Shown one piece after another: positions 8,843-18,618 of a stretch of 32,898 bases of DNA. The number at the start of each line of letters is the position of its first letter. The stretch's first letter is position 1. The stretch is from positions 1-32,898 of the forward strand of contig CAZHVK010000015.1 of the NCBI GenBank assembly GCA_964535955.1. Reading direction: 5' to 3'. Source of the stretch: an uncultured Methanosarcinales archaeon. Its GTDB lineage: Archaea; Nanobdellota; Nanobdellia; Woesearchaeales; CAXGTL01. The position numbers and the translations under genes were made by a program. Below the pieces are notes generated by a model. The model made no database searches. It was not told where the DNA came from and saw only the letters and a program-made list of their open reading frames with translations.

Positions 8843-10753
8843 ATGCTCACAGCAGAAGAACTTATCAATAAAGTACTTGAATATAATCCAAAAGCACATG
8901 TTTCTTTAATCAGAAAAGCATATGATTTCTCAAAACAAGAACATGGTGAACAGAAACGTGATTCAGGTGAACCATATTTTGAACATTGTGTTGCAACAGC
9001 AGAAATCCTTATAGAAATGAAACTAGATTCATCAACAATATCAGCAGGTTTATTGCATGATGTTATTGAAGATACAAAGATCAGATCACACACAATTGAA
9101 GAAGAATTTGGAAAAGAAATCCTTGACTTAGTACAAGGAGTTACAAAAATAAGAAAGATTGACATTGGTGAAACAGAAGAAAGAAAAGCTGCTACTGTTA
9201 GAAAGATATTATTAGCAACATCAAAAGATATAAGAGTTATTCTAATCAAATTAGCAGATAGACTTCATAACATGAGAACATTAAAATTTAAACAAGAAAA
9301 AGTACAAAAAAAGATTGCACAAGAAAGTCTTGAAATATATGCACCTGTTGCACACAAACTAGGGATGTACAAAATAAAATCAGAAATAGAAGATTTATCA
9401 TTAAGATATCTTCATCCAAACATTTATCAAGATATTAAAAAGAAAATAGCAGAAAAAAAAGATGAAAGACAAGAAAGAGTTAATAGAATAATGAGTATAA
9501 TAAGAGAAAAATTAAAAGAATCAGGAGTCCAATTTGTACACATCTATGGAAGAGCAAAAACATTTTATTCAATATATAGAAAACTTGATAGAAAAGGTGG
9601 TCATTTTGAAGACATTTATGATTTGATTGCTATTAGAGTTATCACCAAAATAAAAGAAGACTGTTACAGAGTTTTAGGAGTCATACATTCTAATTGGAAA
9701 TATTTAAAACAGGAATTTGAAGATTTTATCGCAAATCCTAAACCAAATGGTTATCAAAGTCTTCACACTGCAATCCTATTTGAAAAAAAACCAATTGAAA
9801 TACAAATAAGAACAGCAGACATGCACGTTGAAGCAGAAGAAGGTATTGCAGCACACTGGAGATATAAAGGAACAGAAAGAGACAAAAGATTTGACAGAAA
9901 AATAGCTTGGTTAAAACAATTCCTCGACTGGCAAAGAACATCAACAACAGCAAAAGATTTAATTGAAACAGTAAAGATTGACTTATTTAAAGATGAAATC
10001 ATAGTTTTCACACCCAAAGGTGATCCAATCGCATTACCAGAAGGTTCTACACCAATTGACTTTGCATATGAAATTCATTCAGAAATAGGTGACAAGTGTG
10101 CAAGATCAAAAGTCAATAATATACTAGTAAGTTTATCACACCAACTTAATAGCGGCGACGTTGTTGAGATCATGACACAAAACAATGCAAAACCATCCAG
10201 GCAGTGGTTAACATTTGCAAAAACAAACCATGCAAAAGCAAAGATTAGACAAGCTTTAGGAATACAATTTGATGATAGAAGAGTAAAAAAATATGAAGAA
10301 GGGTCCAAAAAAGATTTAGAAAAAGAAATAATTGTTGAAAAAGAAACAAAACCAAACATAAGATTATCAAGATGTTGTGGAGTTAATATTGGTGAACCAA
10401 TAATAGGATTTAAAACAAAAGACAAAAAAATAGCGATTCATGCACAGGATTGTCCAAATGTGGATTCAATGCTTAATCTTAAAAGAGTAATTGTAAGCTG
10501 GAAAAAAAAGAATAAAGAACAAAACATAAAAAAATTAGTTATTACTGTCAGAGACAGACTAGGATTATTAGCAGACATATTAAATATAGTAACAGTCTCA
10601 AAAATGAACATAAAAAGTATAAACTCAGAACCAAAAAAACAAAATATCCAAATAAATATGAATCTAGAAATAACAAATGAAGAAAATTTTAAAAAACTAG
10701 TTAATTATATTAAAGGGATACCAGGAATTGTTGGTATTAATGTTATGGGGTGA
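8843..10753 (+). CDS. rel: Long RelA/SpoT homologue, (p)ppGpp synthetase/hydrolase (HD-SYNTH-TGS-ZFD-ACT)
   Basis: Motifs RDSGEPYFEH, LLHDVIEDT, KLADRLHNMRT, GRAKTFYSIYRK, PKPNGYQSLHT, EIQIRT, TPIDFAYEIHS, RCC...H..DC and ACT DRLGLLADI. Confidence 0.95.
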   Translation: MLTAEELINKVLEYNPKAHVSLIRKAYDFSKQEHGEQKRDSGEPYFEHCVATAEILIEMKLDSSTISAGLLHDVIEDTKIRSHTIEEEFGKEILDLVQGVTKIRKIDIGETEERKAATVRKILLATSKDIRVILIKLADRLHNMRTLKFKQEKVQKKIAQESLEIYAPVAHKLGMYKIKSEIEDLSLRYLHPNIYQDIKKKIAEKKDERQERVNRIMSIIREKLKESGVQFVHIYGRAKTFYSIYRKLDRKGGHFEDIYDLIAIRVITKIKEDCYRVLGVIHSNWKYLKQEFEDFIANPKPNGYQSLHTAILFEKKPIEIQIRTADMHVEAEEGIAAHWRYKGTERDKRFDRKIAWLKQFLDWQRTSTTAKDLIETVKIDLFKDEIIVFTPKGDPIALPEGSTPIDFAYEIHSEIGDKCARSKVNNILVSLSHQLNSGDVVEIMTQNNAKPSRQWLTFAKTNHAKAKIRQALGIQFDDRRVKKYEEGSKKDLEKEIIVEKETKPNIRLSRCCGVNIGEPIIGFKTKDKKIAIHAQDCPNVDSMLNLKRVIVSWKKKNKEQNIKKLVITVRDRLGLLADILNIVTVSKMNIKSINSEPKKQNIQINMNLEITNEENFKKLVNYIKGIPGIVGINVMG

Positions 10754-10755
10754 TC

Positions 10756-11202
10756 TCACAGATCAATCGGCTTTCTATCAATCTCTCTTAACTCAATTTT
10801 ATCAACCAATAGTTCAAACAATTCTGGCTGTATCTTAAGAATATCTTTTAATGTGATAAATCCTACCATTCTTTTCTCATGCATTACAGGCAAGTGTCTT
10901 ATGTTTGCATCAGTCATCATTTTTAATGCATCAAAAACATCAACATCAGGAGCAACTGTTATCAATCTCTTTTCCATAAAATCTTCAACTTTTGCTTCTT
11001 TAGCATCTTGATCTTTACTAATAACTTTCCTAACAATATCTTGCTCAGTTATGATTCCTTGCACAGTCTCACCTTCACCAACTAACAGACTACCAACATG
11101 ATGTTCTGCCATAATTTTAGAACATTGAACAATAGAAGTATTTGGATCAACCATGATTGGTTTTATTGTCATTGCGTCCCCGACTTTGTAACCGGTTTTC
11201 AT
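10756..11202 (-). CDS. CBS-domain pair protein
   Basis: Motifs VGSLLV...GIITEQDI and IRHLPV...VGFITLKDI. Confidence 0.92.
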   Translation of the reverse strand: MKTGYKVGDAMTIKPIMVDPNTSIVQCSKIMAEHHVGSLLVGEGETVQGIITEQDIVRKVISKDQDAKEAKVEDFMEKRLITVAPDVDVFDALKMMTDANIRHLPVMHEKRMVGFITLKDILKIQPELFELLVDKIELREIDRKPIDL

Positions 11203-11322
11203 TTTTTATCAGCCTCTTTACTTATTTTTTATTTATATAATTTTATTTATTGATTTTTATTATAATCATCAACTGAGGTTGATAGGGGTGAAGAATTAGT
11301 TAATAAAGGTTTCGGAAATCTA

Positions 11323-11949
11323 TTACTTTAAATGTTGTACCTTAGAAGGCAATTCACAATCATCTATAATTCCTCTAAGAGTAAGATATTCTTTAAAAGT
11401 TTTAAAATATTTAAAAGAAATTCCTCTGGGCTGTGAAGGCAAAAGTTCTCTCAAATGATCAACTTTATTAGAATAATCCAGAAAAGGATTTCTTTGATTT
11501 GAAACTTCAATTAATTTAAGTGAAAGATTATATAATTCATAAATTTCTCTATTTGTAATATCTAAATAATGAACTCCAAATCTAGCAGAACTGCCATGAC
11601 ATGCTTCTGCTTTATTCATTCTAAAAACCCTAACAATTCCTTTTGTCCTTTCAAAATACATATCACGATTCTGTTTTTTAATAACATACCACAAAATTTC
11701 TTCATCAAGCTTTTCATCCAATAACCTATGAAATTGTTTTTTAGAAACAGGTTTTGCTTGAGGATAAAAATTTTGTATAACTTCTTCTAATGCTGTCTTC
11801 TGCACTTCACTTAATGGATCACTAAGTTCAATACATTTTTTGATAAACATATCAGACACTTCAGAACCCTCTACAGTTATAAGATATTGATTAGGTTCAA
11901 AATAATTTGATAAATTTCTAAATGTGTTTGCAATTTTGTCTTTTATCAT
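11323..11949 (-). CDS. Hypothetical protein
   Basis: 208-aa ORF with a TATA-like TTTATAAA about 40 nt upstream. Confidence 0.7.
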   Translation of the reverse strand: MIKDKIANTFRNLSNYFEPNQYLITVEGSEVSDMFIKKCIELSDPLSEVQKTALEEVIQNFYPQAKPVSKKQFHRLLDEKLDEEILWYVIKKQNRDMYFERTKGIVRVFRMNKAEACHGSSARFGVHYLDITNREIYELYNLSLKLIEVSNQRNPFLDYSNKVDHLRELLPSQPRGISFKYFKTFKEYLTLRGIIDDCELPSKVQHLK

Positions 11950-12046
11950 TTCTACCCACTATATAAGAAAAAGGAATAATTTCAGATTTATAAAGATTTA
12001 TATGCTATAATCTAATAAACAAAAAAAACAAAAACAAAAAAAAGCC

Positions 12047-14065
12047 TCAATCAAACTCAATAACATTCAATTCTTCTAAACTGTCAAGATCATTAAGTTT
12101 TAACATTGCATCACTCATTGTGTACAAAACATCCTCAATATAAAGTGATCTCTGTATCTGTTCATCATATCTCATGTAATAACCACTCTTAAGATAATCT
12201 TCTTCAACATTATGACTTACACCGCCGCGAAGATCAAAACCATTATCTAAAGTAATATCATACACATAAGCACCTTGGAAAACAATATCACCACGCAAAG
12301 GATAACCAGATTCATCAAACTTTTCATCACCAGCAACTTCAGCAACTCTTATAGGTAAGACAAGAAGATTCCTTTCTCTGTCAAACAAGAATGCTTTATG
12401 ATTACTCAGCACAGGTGATTCTGTTCCACGATCACCAATCACAACTTTATGCATCTCGATTGGATTTGAAACATCTGAAACATCAAAGATAGCCATCTTT
12501 ACACCTTGGTACCATGCAAAATCAATTCCTCTATCTTGTATCTGATCCTCAAGTGCTTCCATTGTATCTTTACCAATTCCAATTATATGTGTTTCATCAT
12601 ATGGATGTAGATAATCACTATAACCTGGTATCTTCAACTTACCGAGTACTGTTGGGTTGGTATGATCAGACAAGTCTATGACAAACAAAGGATCAACTTT
12701 TTTGAATGTTACAATATATCCTTTTTTACCCATAAATCTTACAGAATAAATCCTTTCACCAGGTGCAAGATCTTCTAATGAACCAACAAGTTCCATATCT
12801 TTATCCAAAACATAAACATTATTAGTAGACATTACTTCTTTATCCCAAACATTGCCTTTAGTAGTTGCAATCCTAAAATGTGAATCAAACTCATCCATTG
12901 AAAACTGGTTAAGTATACTTCCAGGAACTTTTCCAATTCCTTGATATTTTATATTACCTTGATCAAGATTAAACTTGGTCACAACAGTCACTTCATTACG
13001 ACTAGTAACAGGCTCACCTACTTGAGATTCTCTTTCATAAGTTGTCTGTGCAACATAAAGATTTTGTAATGAAGCAAAAACATTTTCACCATCACCAACA
13101 ATCACTTCTTTACCAACTTCTTTATCTTCATCAGTCATTGACATTGAAGCAACTGTTATAAAATTCTCAGCACGTAACGGAGTAATATAACCAATATCTT
13201 TTGCCTCAACAACAGGTTCTGTTGCTTCTTTATCTTCTCTGTACAAAGGAATTATATCAATTGGCTCATCATAGCTCCACTTAGGCCATGAATTAACAAC
13301 AAAATAAACATTTTCACCAATTTTTCTTGATGTAACATAATCACCTTCTAATTCAACAGATCTTAACAAATGAGGTTTTTCTCTATCTTCAACATCATAT
13401 AATCTGACACCAACAACAGATGAACCATAATAATAGTCATCCATTACAACACTGTCTCCTGTTACTTTTTCACCTATTTCTGCTTCATAGATAATAAAGT
13501 TCCATTGATTTCCAAACAGCAACAACCTATCTTCATGTATAAATATTTCACTTGGCCTAAAATCATCAAGATCTATTTCAGACAATAATTCAGCTTCTTG
13601 AGCAGGATATGCTTTTGCAATATACAATTTATTATTAGCAACAACATATATGTAATCACCATCTGTCTTGATTATATCAGCTTCATCAACACCTTCTACT
13701 TGTATATTTGTTTCAGAAAAATCTCTTGATTCTCCGCCAGCAGCTGATGGTGCAGCTGTATCAGTAGCAGCCATCTTAGTAGGCATGACAGAAGTTACAA
13801 TAGTTTCAAATATTCCATCCTCTTCAGCATACACTGGTCTTACATCTTCAAAAGCTTCTGCTAATTGATCAACTGATTCAAACTTTAAGAATTGAGCATC
13901 AACAGCTTCTAAGTCAGACTTATAATCCACATCATCTGGTTTATCAGGATCCACTGGATCCACAGGTTCACATGCTGTTAAAGCAGACAATATCAATAAT
14001 ACTCCTAAAAACACAGCAATTATTTCATTATTAAATAATTTCTTTATTATTTTCATCATTTTCAT
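12047..14065 (-). CDS. Secreted beta-propeller domain lipoprotein (Beta_propel family)
   Basis: Lipobox LTA-C; motifs FSETNIQVEGVDEADIIKTDG, LNQFSMDE, IYSVRF and VDPLFVIDLS...LGKLKIPGYSDYLHP; SD AGGAGG. Confidence 0.9.
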   Translation of the reverse strand: MKMMKIIKKLFNNEIIAVFLGVLLILSALTACEPVDPVDPDKPDDVDYKSDLEAVDAQFLKFESVDQLAEAFEDVRPVYAEEDGIFETIVTSVMPTKMAATDTAAPSAAGGESRDFSETNIQVEGVDEADIIKTDGDYIYVVANNKLYIAKAYPAQEAELLSEIDLDDFRPSEIFIHEDRLLLFGNQWNFIIYEAEIGEKVTGDSVVMDDYYYGSSVVGVRLYDVEDREKPHLLRSVELEGDYVTSRKIGENVYFVVNSWPKWSYDEPIDIIPLYREDKEATEPVVEAKDIGYITPLRAENFITVASMSMTDEDKEVGKEVIVGDGENVFASLQNLYVAQTTYERESQVGEPVTSRNEVTVVTKFNLDQGNIKYQGIGKVPGSILNQFSMDEFDSHFRIATTKGNVWDKEVMSTNNVYVLDKDMELVGSLEDLAPGERIYSVRFMGKKGYIVTFKKVDPLFVIDLSDHTNPTVLGKLKIPGYSDYLHPYDETHIIGIGKDTMEALEDQIQDRGIDFAWYQGVKMAIFDVSDVSNPIEMHKVVIGDRGTESPVLSNHKAFLFDRERNLLVLPIRVAEVAGDEKFDESGYPLRGDIVFQGAYVYDITLDNGFDLRGGVSHNVEEDYLKSGYYMRYDEQIQRSLYIEDVLYTMSDAMLKLNDLDSLEELNVIEFD

Positions 14066-14134
14066 TTCCTCCTATATTGTGTATTTATTATAATAGTATA
14101 CAATAATCCTTATTTTATAGCTTTCTAGTACTTA

Positions 14135-14198
14135 AAACTTACTATAAATACTAACAAACCATAAACTTACTATAGAAATTAGATAGTAAAACTTCTAT
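14135..14198. repeat. Spaced direct repeats between divergent genes, possible regulator sites
   Basis: AAACTTACTATA at 14135 and 14163, with a degenerate AAACTTCTAT at 14189. Confidence 0.4.
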
Positions 14199-14279
14199 TT
14201 ATAAGTACAAGTAGACTTTGAATGAGGTTGAAGTTATGACCATCAAAACATTTATAAGATAACTAAATATCCCAACACC

Positions 14280-14693
14280 ATGAAAATCGCAATCTGTGGA
14301 AGCATGAGTTTTTCAAAAGAAATGATTGAAATAAAACAACAACTTAACAATAAAGGCCATGAAGTCATACTACCACATTCAACAGAACTCTATGCAAACA
14401 ACACTTTATCAGCAGAATCTAGAAAAGAATCAGCAGAAAACAAGATAAAGAATGACCTGATAAGAGATTATTTTAAGATAATACAAGACTCTGACGCAGT
14501 TCTAGTCACAAACTTTACAAAAAACAATATCAACAATTATATTGGTGGCAACACTTTTCTAGAAATAGCTTTTGCACATGTATTAGACAAAAAAGTCTTT
14601 TTATTAAACCCAATTCCAGAAGTTTCTTATTCTGATGAAATAATTGCAATGCAGCCTGTTGTTTTGAATGGTGATTTGGATAAAGTTGAATAA
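14280..14693 (+). CDS. Nucleoside 2-deoxyribosyltransferase-like (flavodoxin-fold) small protein
   Basis: MKIAICGSM...GHEVILP...SDAVLVTN...YIGGNTFLEIAFA...LNPIP; paralogue of 19648-20079. Confidence 0.7.
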   Translation: MKIAICGSMSFSKEMIEIKQQLNNKGHEVILPHSTELYANNTLSAESRKESAENKIKNDLIRDYFKIIQDSDAVLVTNFTKNNINNYIGGNTFLEIAFAHVLDKKVFLLNPIPEVSYSDEIIAMQPVVLNGDLDKVE

Positions 14694-14735
14694 GAAAAAT
14701 AAATAATAAAAAATAAATTAAAAAAAACAAAAACC

Positions 14736-16604
14736 TTAGTAATTAACCAAAACTTCTACATCTTTCCCAAAGACTTTCTTCAAACTCTCAAACACTTGCT
14801 CCTTAACAAAAGCTTGTCGTGGCCCTTTGAACTCAGCCAAAGCTTTTTCAAACTCTTCAATATTAGTCTCTTGCACAGCTCCAAATGAACCATCTTTGCC
14901 GATTGATGCTTTGCTTACTCTTTTTGGTTTTGCATTAAGATCATGAGTTATAAAAGCAATATCATCAAATAATATCACTTCGCCGACATTCTTACCGCCA
15001 AATCTAACCCTTATCTTTGCTTTTTCCAGCTCACGAGAACGTTTTCTTTGCATATACTCAACCATGTTTTTAATAAATTCTCTTGACAATTTTCTTACTT
15101 GTTCAACTTCTGTTGCTGTTAGTTTTTTATTATCATAGTCTTTCTTAGCTTTCATTATGTCTTTCAAAGTTCTTACAAACTTGCTAGGAACCTTACCTGT
15201 TGAGACCAAATGTTCTTCAAACATGTCAACTAATTCACTTTCTTTAGTCTTTTCCATTCCTTCCATCTTAAGAACATCTCTTACAACAGTCACAATTGTT
15301 TCATAGATATGCATTACAGATTCTTCCTGCTTCATCTTTTCTATCTGTGTAAACAATCTTCTTATTCTTGCTAAGTATTTCTTACCATTGATTAATAATT
15401 CATCAATTTCTTTACCAGAAACTTCTTTCTTAAGACCATGCTCAATTTCTTTTCTAAGTTTATGAGCTTTTTCATACATCTTAACAAATTTTTCTTCTAG
15501 TAATTTCTCTTTCTTAACAAAAACATCTCTCATAACTTCACCACATGACTTTGGATCAGGTGGTGCAACACCATAAAGCATTAATGCAGCTTGTGTTGGT
15601 GTAAGCATTGCTAAAAATATGTCATCCATTCCAATTGATTTTAATTTCATGTCAACTCTTTTCAACATTTGCTCACCAGAACCCATAAACATGTCAATTG
15701 CTTCTGGACTAGGCTTTATCTTACCCATATGCAATAATTGTTTCATTGGCATAAAGATTCCTCTATCATAGAATGGTACACAATCTCTTAGTAATGTAAA
15801 TATTACAGGATGTGCTTCTCTTAGATTGTCCCAGAAATCTGTTAATATGTATATTTGTACATGCAATTTGTTCTTTATTCCTGTTATTTCACCTGCTTCT
15901 AATCCCATACCAATTATGATTGCTCTTAACTTATCTCTAAGTTCTGTTCTAGTCATTTTCTTGACATCAGTATCATCGATTATAATGTATACATCAAGAT
16001 CAGATGTAGGTTTTGCATAACCTTTCATAATTGATCCAGCTACAACATATGATACAATGTATTTTTCAAACTTCTTTAGAACCATTGTCTTGTGAACTTC
16101 TGCAACCTTAACATTACCTAGAACACCTTTATCAAAGATAGGTGCAGACATTGCTATTAATTGCAATAAATCATTCTTACCATCAAAACAACTTTGCCAT
16201 AACTCAGACAATATCACAGTCTGTGGTACAATATTTTTATCAATATCATCAGCAACCTTAACAATCACAGATGAAAGTTTTTCTTTTAGTTCTTGTTTAG
16301 ACATCTTTTTTGAATCAGAATCATCAACAACAACTAAAACCCTTATTTTTTCCTTAGAAATATCAGGTAATTTTTCACCAGGCTTTGCTTGCGGCGGCTT
16401 TTCAGGCGGCATCAATGCTATACCTAGGATATATTTATTATCAAACTTTTTTAGAAGTGTGTCTTTGAACTTTTCAAGTTTATTTTTAATGTTTTTTAAC
16501 TTGTTTTGGACATCTTTTGGTAATTTATTTAGAAGTTCTTTTTCTTTTGCTTTGATAGCATCTTGTTTATCTTGTTTTTTTGCTTTTTTTTGTTTTTTTG
16601 CCAT
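14736..16604 (-). CDS. Pol-beta-family nucleotidyltransferase fused to HEPN-like domain(s)
   Basis: AGSIMKG...SDLDVYIIIDD active-site motif, a degenerate N-terminal NTase repeat (VLVVVDD) and a HEPN-like TQAALML...RKEIEH region. SD AGGTGA precedes ATG 16604. Confidence 0.8.
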   Translation of the reverse strand: MAKKQKKAKKQDKQDAIKAKEKELLNKLPKDVQNKLKNIKNKLEKFKDTLLKKFDNKYILGIALMPPEKPPQAKPGEKLPDISKEKIRVLVVVDDSDSKKMSKQELKEKLSSVIVKVADDIDKNIVPQTVILSELWQSCFDGKNDLLQLIAMSAPIFDKGVLGNVKVAEVHKTMVLKKFEKYIVSYVVAGSIMKGYAKPTSDLDVYIIIDDTDVKKMTRTELRDKLRAIIIGMGLEAGEITGIKNKLHVQIYILTDFWDNLREAHPVIFTLLRDCVPFYDRGIFMPMKQLLHMGKIKPSPEAIDMFMGSGEQMLKRVDMKLKSIGMDDIFLAMLTPTQAALMLYGVAPPDPKSCGEVMRDVFVKKEKLLEEKFVKMYEKAHKLRKEIEHGLKKEVSGKEIDELLINGKKYLARIRRLFTQIEKMKQEESVMHIYETIVTVVRDVLKMEGMEKTKESELVDMFEEHLVSTGKVPSKFVRTLKDIMKAKKDYDNKKLTATEVEQVRKLSREFIKNMVEYMQRKRSRELEKAKIRVRFGGKNVGEVILFDDIAFITHDLNAKPKRVSKASIGKDGSFGAVQETNIEEFEKALAEFKGPRQAFVKEQVFESLKKVFGKDVEVLVNY

Positions 16605-16835
16605 TTTGTTTTTCACCTATTTTGCTTATTTTATTTGTTTTTATTATCTATTTTTTAACTAAAATAGTGACTATTAATAATCACCTATACCTTAGTAGGT
16701 TAATTATACTTTTAAATATAACTGTTGTAGAATACACATGAATGTGACATTTTGGTCATATCACAGGTATAATTAACTACTAAATAATAATTAATACAAC
16801 AAAATTTATATAGTATTATATAATCCACACAATAT

Positions 16836-17603
16836 ATGAAACAGCAAAAACAAAAAGATATTACTCAAAATATTCTAGAAAAAGTAACAGATCATCTTTG
16901 TCAAAAATACAAACATCTTGGCAATCCTTATGAAGATAATATGGCTTTAGGATTAAAATATGATGAAGAATTTACACAAGATGAACAAAAATCATTAAAA
17001 GAATCATTATCAGCAATTGGCTCACAAACAATCACAATAAGGCAATATTATGATCATTTCAACATACTTCCTGAACATTCTCAAATAATAAAAAAAATAC
17101 AACAAGTTAATCCTAATAAAGATTATATTGAATGGGAACATGTTAATGTTAGTTTACCAACAGGCACGATACATTCAATAGATACTTATCTTGAGCACAT
17201 GATACCAAAACAAATGATTGATATAACAGAAAAAAAGATTAATAAATTAAAAGAAGGGATATATAAACATTATCTCAAAAGATATAACAATCCTATGGGG
17301 CTATATAATACATTTGAAAGAAGAGCAAAAAGATTATGGGATAAGATATCATATGCTGTTCAAGATTCTTTATTCTTCTTTTTTTCAGGATTTACAAAAA
17401 TCATTGTAAGAGAACCTGAAGAAGACTATATCAAAAAGGGTTTATTAATTGGTTTAGGAAGAGCAATGTCAGACCTTGAGAATGATATTCAGATACCAGA
17501 GGTTTTATTAGCAACTTATTTTAAATTCGAGAAAAAATTGCAAAGAGAAGATGAAGAATATAAGCTCCAGAAGGCTTCTAATCACCAGATTCAAGCATTT
17601 TAA
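16836..17603 (+). CDS. Hypothetical protein
   Basis: 255-aa ORF with a TATA box 31 nt upstream. Confidence 0.75.
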   Translation: MKQQKQKDITQNILEKVTDHLCQKYKHLGNPYEDNMALGLKYDEEFTQDEQKSLKESLSAIGSQTITIRQYYDHFNILPEHSQIIKKIQQVNPNKDYIEWEHVNVSLPTGTIHSIDTYLEHMIPKQMIDITEKKINKLKEGIYKHYLKRYNNPMGLYNTFERRAKRLWDKISYAVQDSLFFFFSGFTKIIVREPEEDYIKKGLLIGLGRAMSDLENDIQIPEVLLATYFKFEKKLQREDEEYKLQKASNHQIQAF

Positions 17604-17710
17604 ACCCCAAATAACAACTTTCTAAACCATAAATTCTCATTATCACAAACCCTATTTACAAGCCTTCTAGGGCTCATTTACTACTTAAAAGTAACTAAAA
17701 TATGGAAAGA

Positions 17711-17762
17711 TTTATATACTAGTTCTAGTTCCTTATGCATAATATGTATAATTCTATACATA
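17711..17762 (+). promoter_or_regulatory. TATA box plus palindromes at the head of the small-gene array
   Basis: TTTATATA at 17711, palindrome TTATGCATAA at 17733-17742 and inverted repeat TATGTATA-attc-TATACATA at 17743-17762. Confidence 0.55.
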
Positions 17763-17788
17763 AAAAACACATAAGAGGTACATAAAAA

Positions 17789-18193
17789 ATGCAAATACCA
17801 CTATACAAAGGAACCATAACAATAGACCAAAAAAACAAAGTAGAATGTGAACTAAAAAACAATGGTCCAATTGACAAACCATTTGAATTATCATTTAGAC
17901 ATTATTACAAAAAAACAGATGAACAAGAATTCAAAAGATCATATAGTCAAAAAGATGAAGGAATTCTATATTTTAACAGACAAGGCAAAATTATTGACAG
18001 ATCTCCAATGAGCAAACACAATCCTACAAAACAATTACAAGAAAAATATTCTATACCACTTTCAATATCATTAGCAAGCTTAGTAAGTGGAAATAAAGTA
18101 AGAAATCTTATATCAGGTTTTTTTTCAGGTGAGAATGGTATTGATCCAGAAGCAAAAGAATATGTAAGATTAACATTTAAAGAGGAATTATAA
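17789..18193 (+). CDS. Hypothetical protein, first gene of the array
   Basis: 134-aa ORF with SD GAGGT. Confidence 0.75.
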   Translation: MQIPLYKGTITIDQKNKVECELKNNGPIDKPFELSFRHYYKKTDEQEFKRSYSQKDEGILYFNRQGKIIDRSPMSKHNPTKQLQEKYSIPLSISLASLVSGNKVRNLISGFFSGENGIDPEAKEYVRLTFKEEL

Positions 18194-18195
18194 AT

Positions 18196-18378
18196 ATGAA
18201 ACAATCAAGACCAATGACAAGGATATTATCACCATATGAAACTCATGATAAAGAAAAAGTTACAGAAAAAATTGCAGAACATCAAGCAAAAATATTACCA
18301 AGTCAAGAATACACATTAAGAGAAAAATACAAATTAGTACGAACATTGATTGATAATATGATTGAAATGGAAAGGTGA
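18196..18378 (+). CDS. Small hypothetical protein
   Basis: 60-aa ORF with SD GAGGA, tightly packed with its neighbours. Confidence 0.65.
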   Translation: MKQSRPMTRILSPYETHDKEKVTEKIAEHQAKILPSQEYTLREKYKLVRTLIDNMIEMER

Positions 18379-18385
18379 AAATAAA

Positions 18386-18607
18386 ATGACAGAACATTAC
18401 AAAGAAATATTCAACAAAAAAGAACAAGAACTAGAACCATCAATGCAAAGTGTTGAATGGTATGATACTAAAGTTCCTGGAAAAACAGTTGTGTTTCTTG
18501 CAAAAGGCAAAGCAAGAGACATAAGTGCAAAGCTAAGCAAAGCTGCTGAGGCAGAACAAAGAGAAAAAGAAATATTAGCTAAAAGTTTATATGGAATACC
18601 AATGTGA
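18386..18607 (+). CDS. Small hypothetical protein
   Basis: ATG 18386 follows AGGTGA; protein begins MTEHYKEI. Confidence 0.7.
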   Translation: MTEHYKEIFNKKEQELEPSMQSVEWYDTKVPGKTVVFLAKGKARDISAKLSKAAEAEQREKEILAKSLYGIPM

Positions 18608-18618
18608 GGCAAAATAAA

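Noticed and set aside
8077..10425. Antisense ORFs such as 8077-8484, 8782-9249 and 10075-10425, and similar shadow ORFs elsewhere
   Set aside because: They overlap well-supported genes and have the biased composition expected of shadow frames.
11268..11283. ATCAAC-tgag-GTTGAT hairpin upstream of the CBS gene
   Set aside because: A single 6-bp stem is too weak to support a call.
16743..16765. TGTGA...TCACA CRP-like site
   Set aside because: The spacer is 13 nt rather than 6, the context is archaeal and it is likely a chance match.
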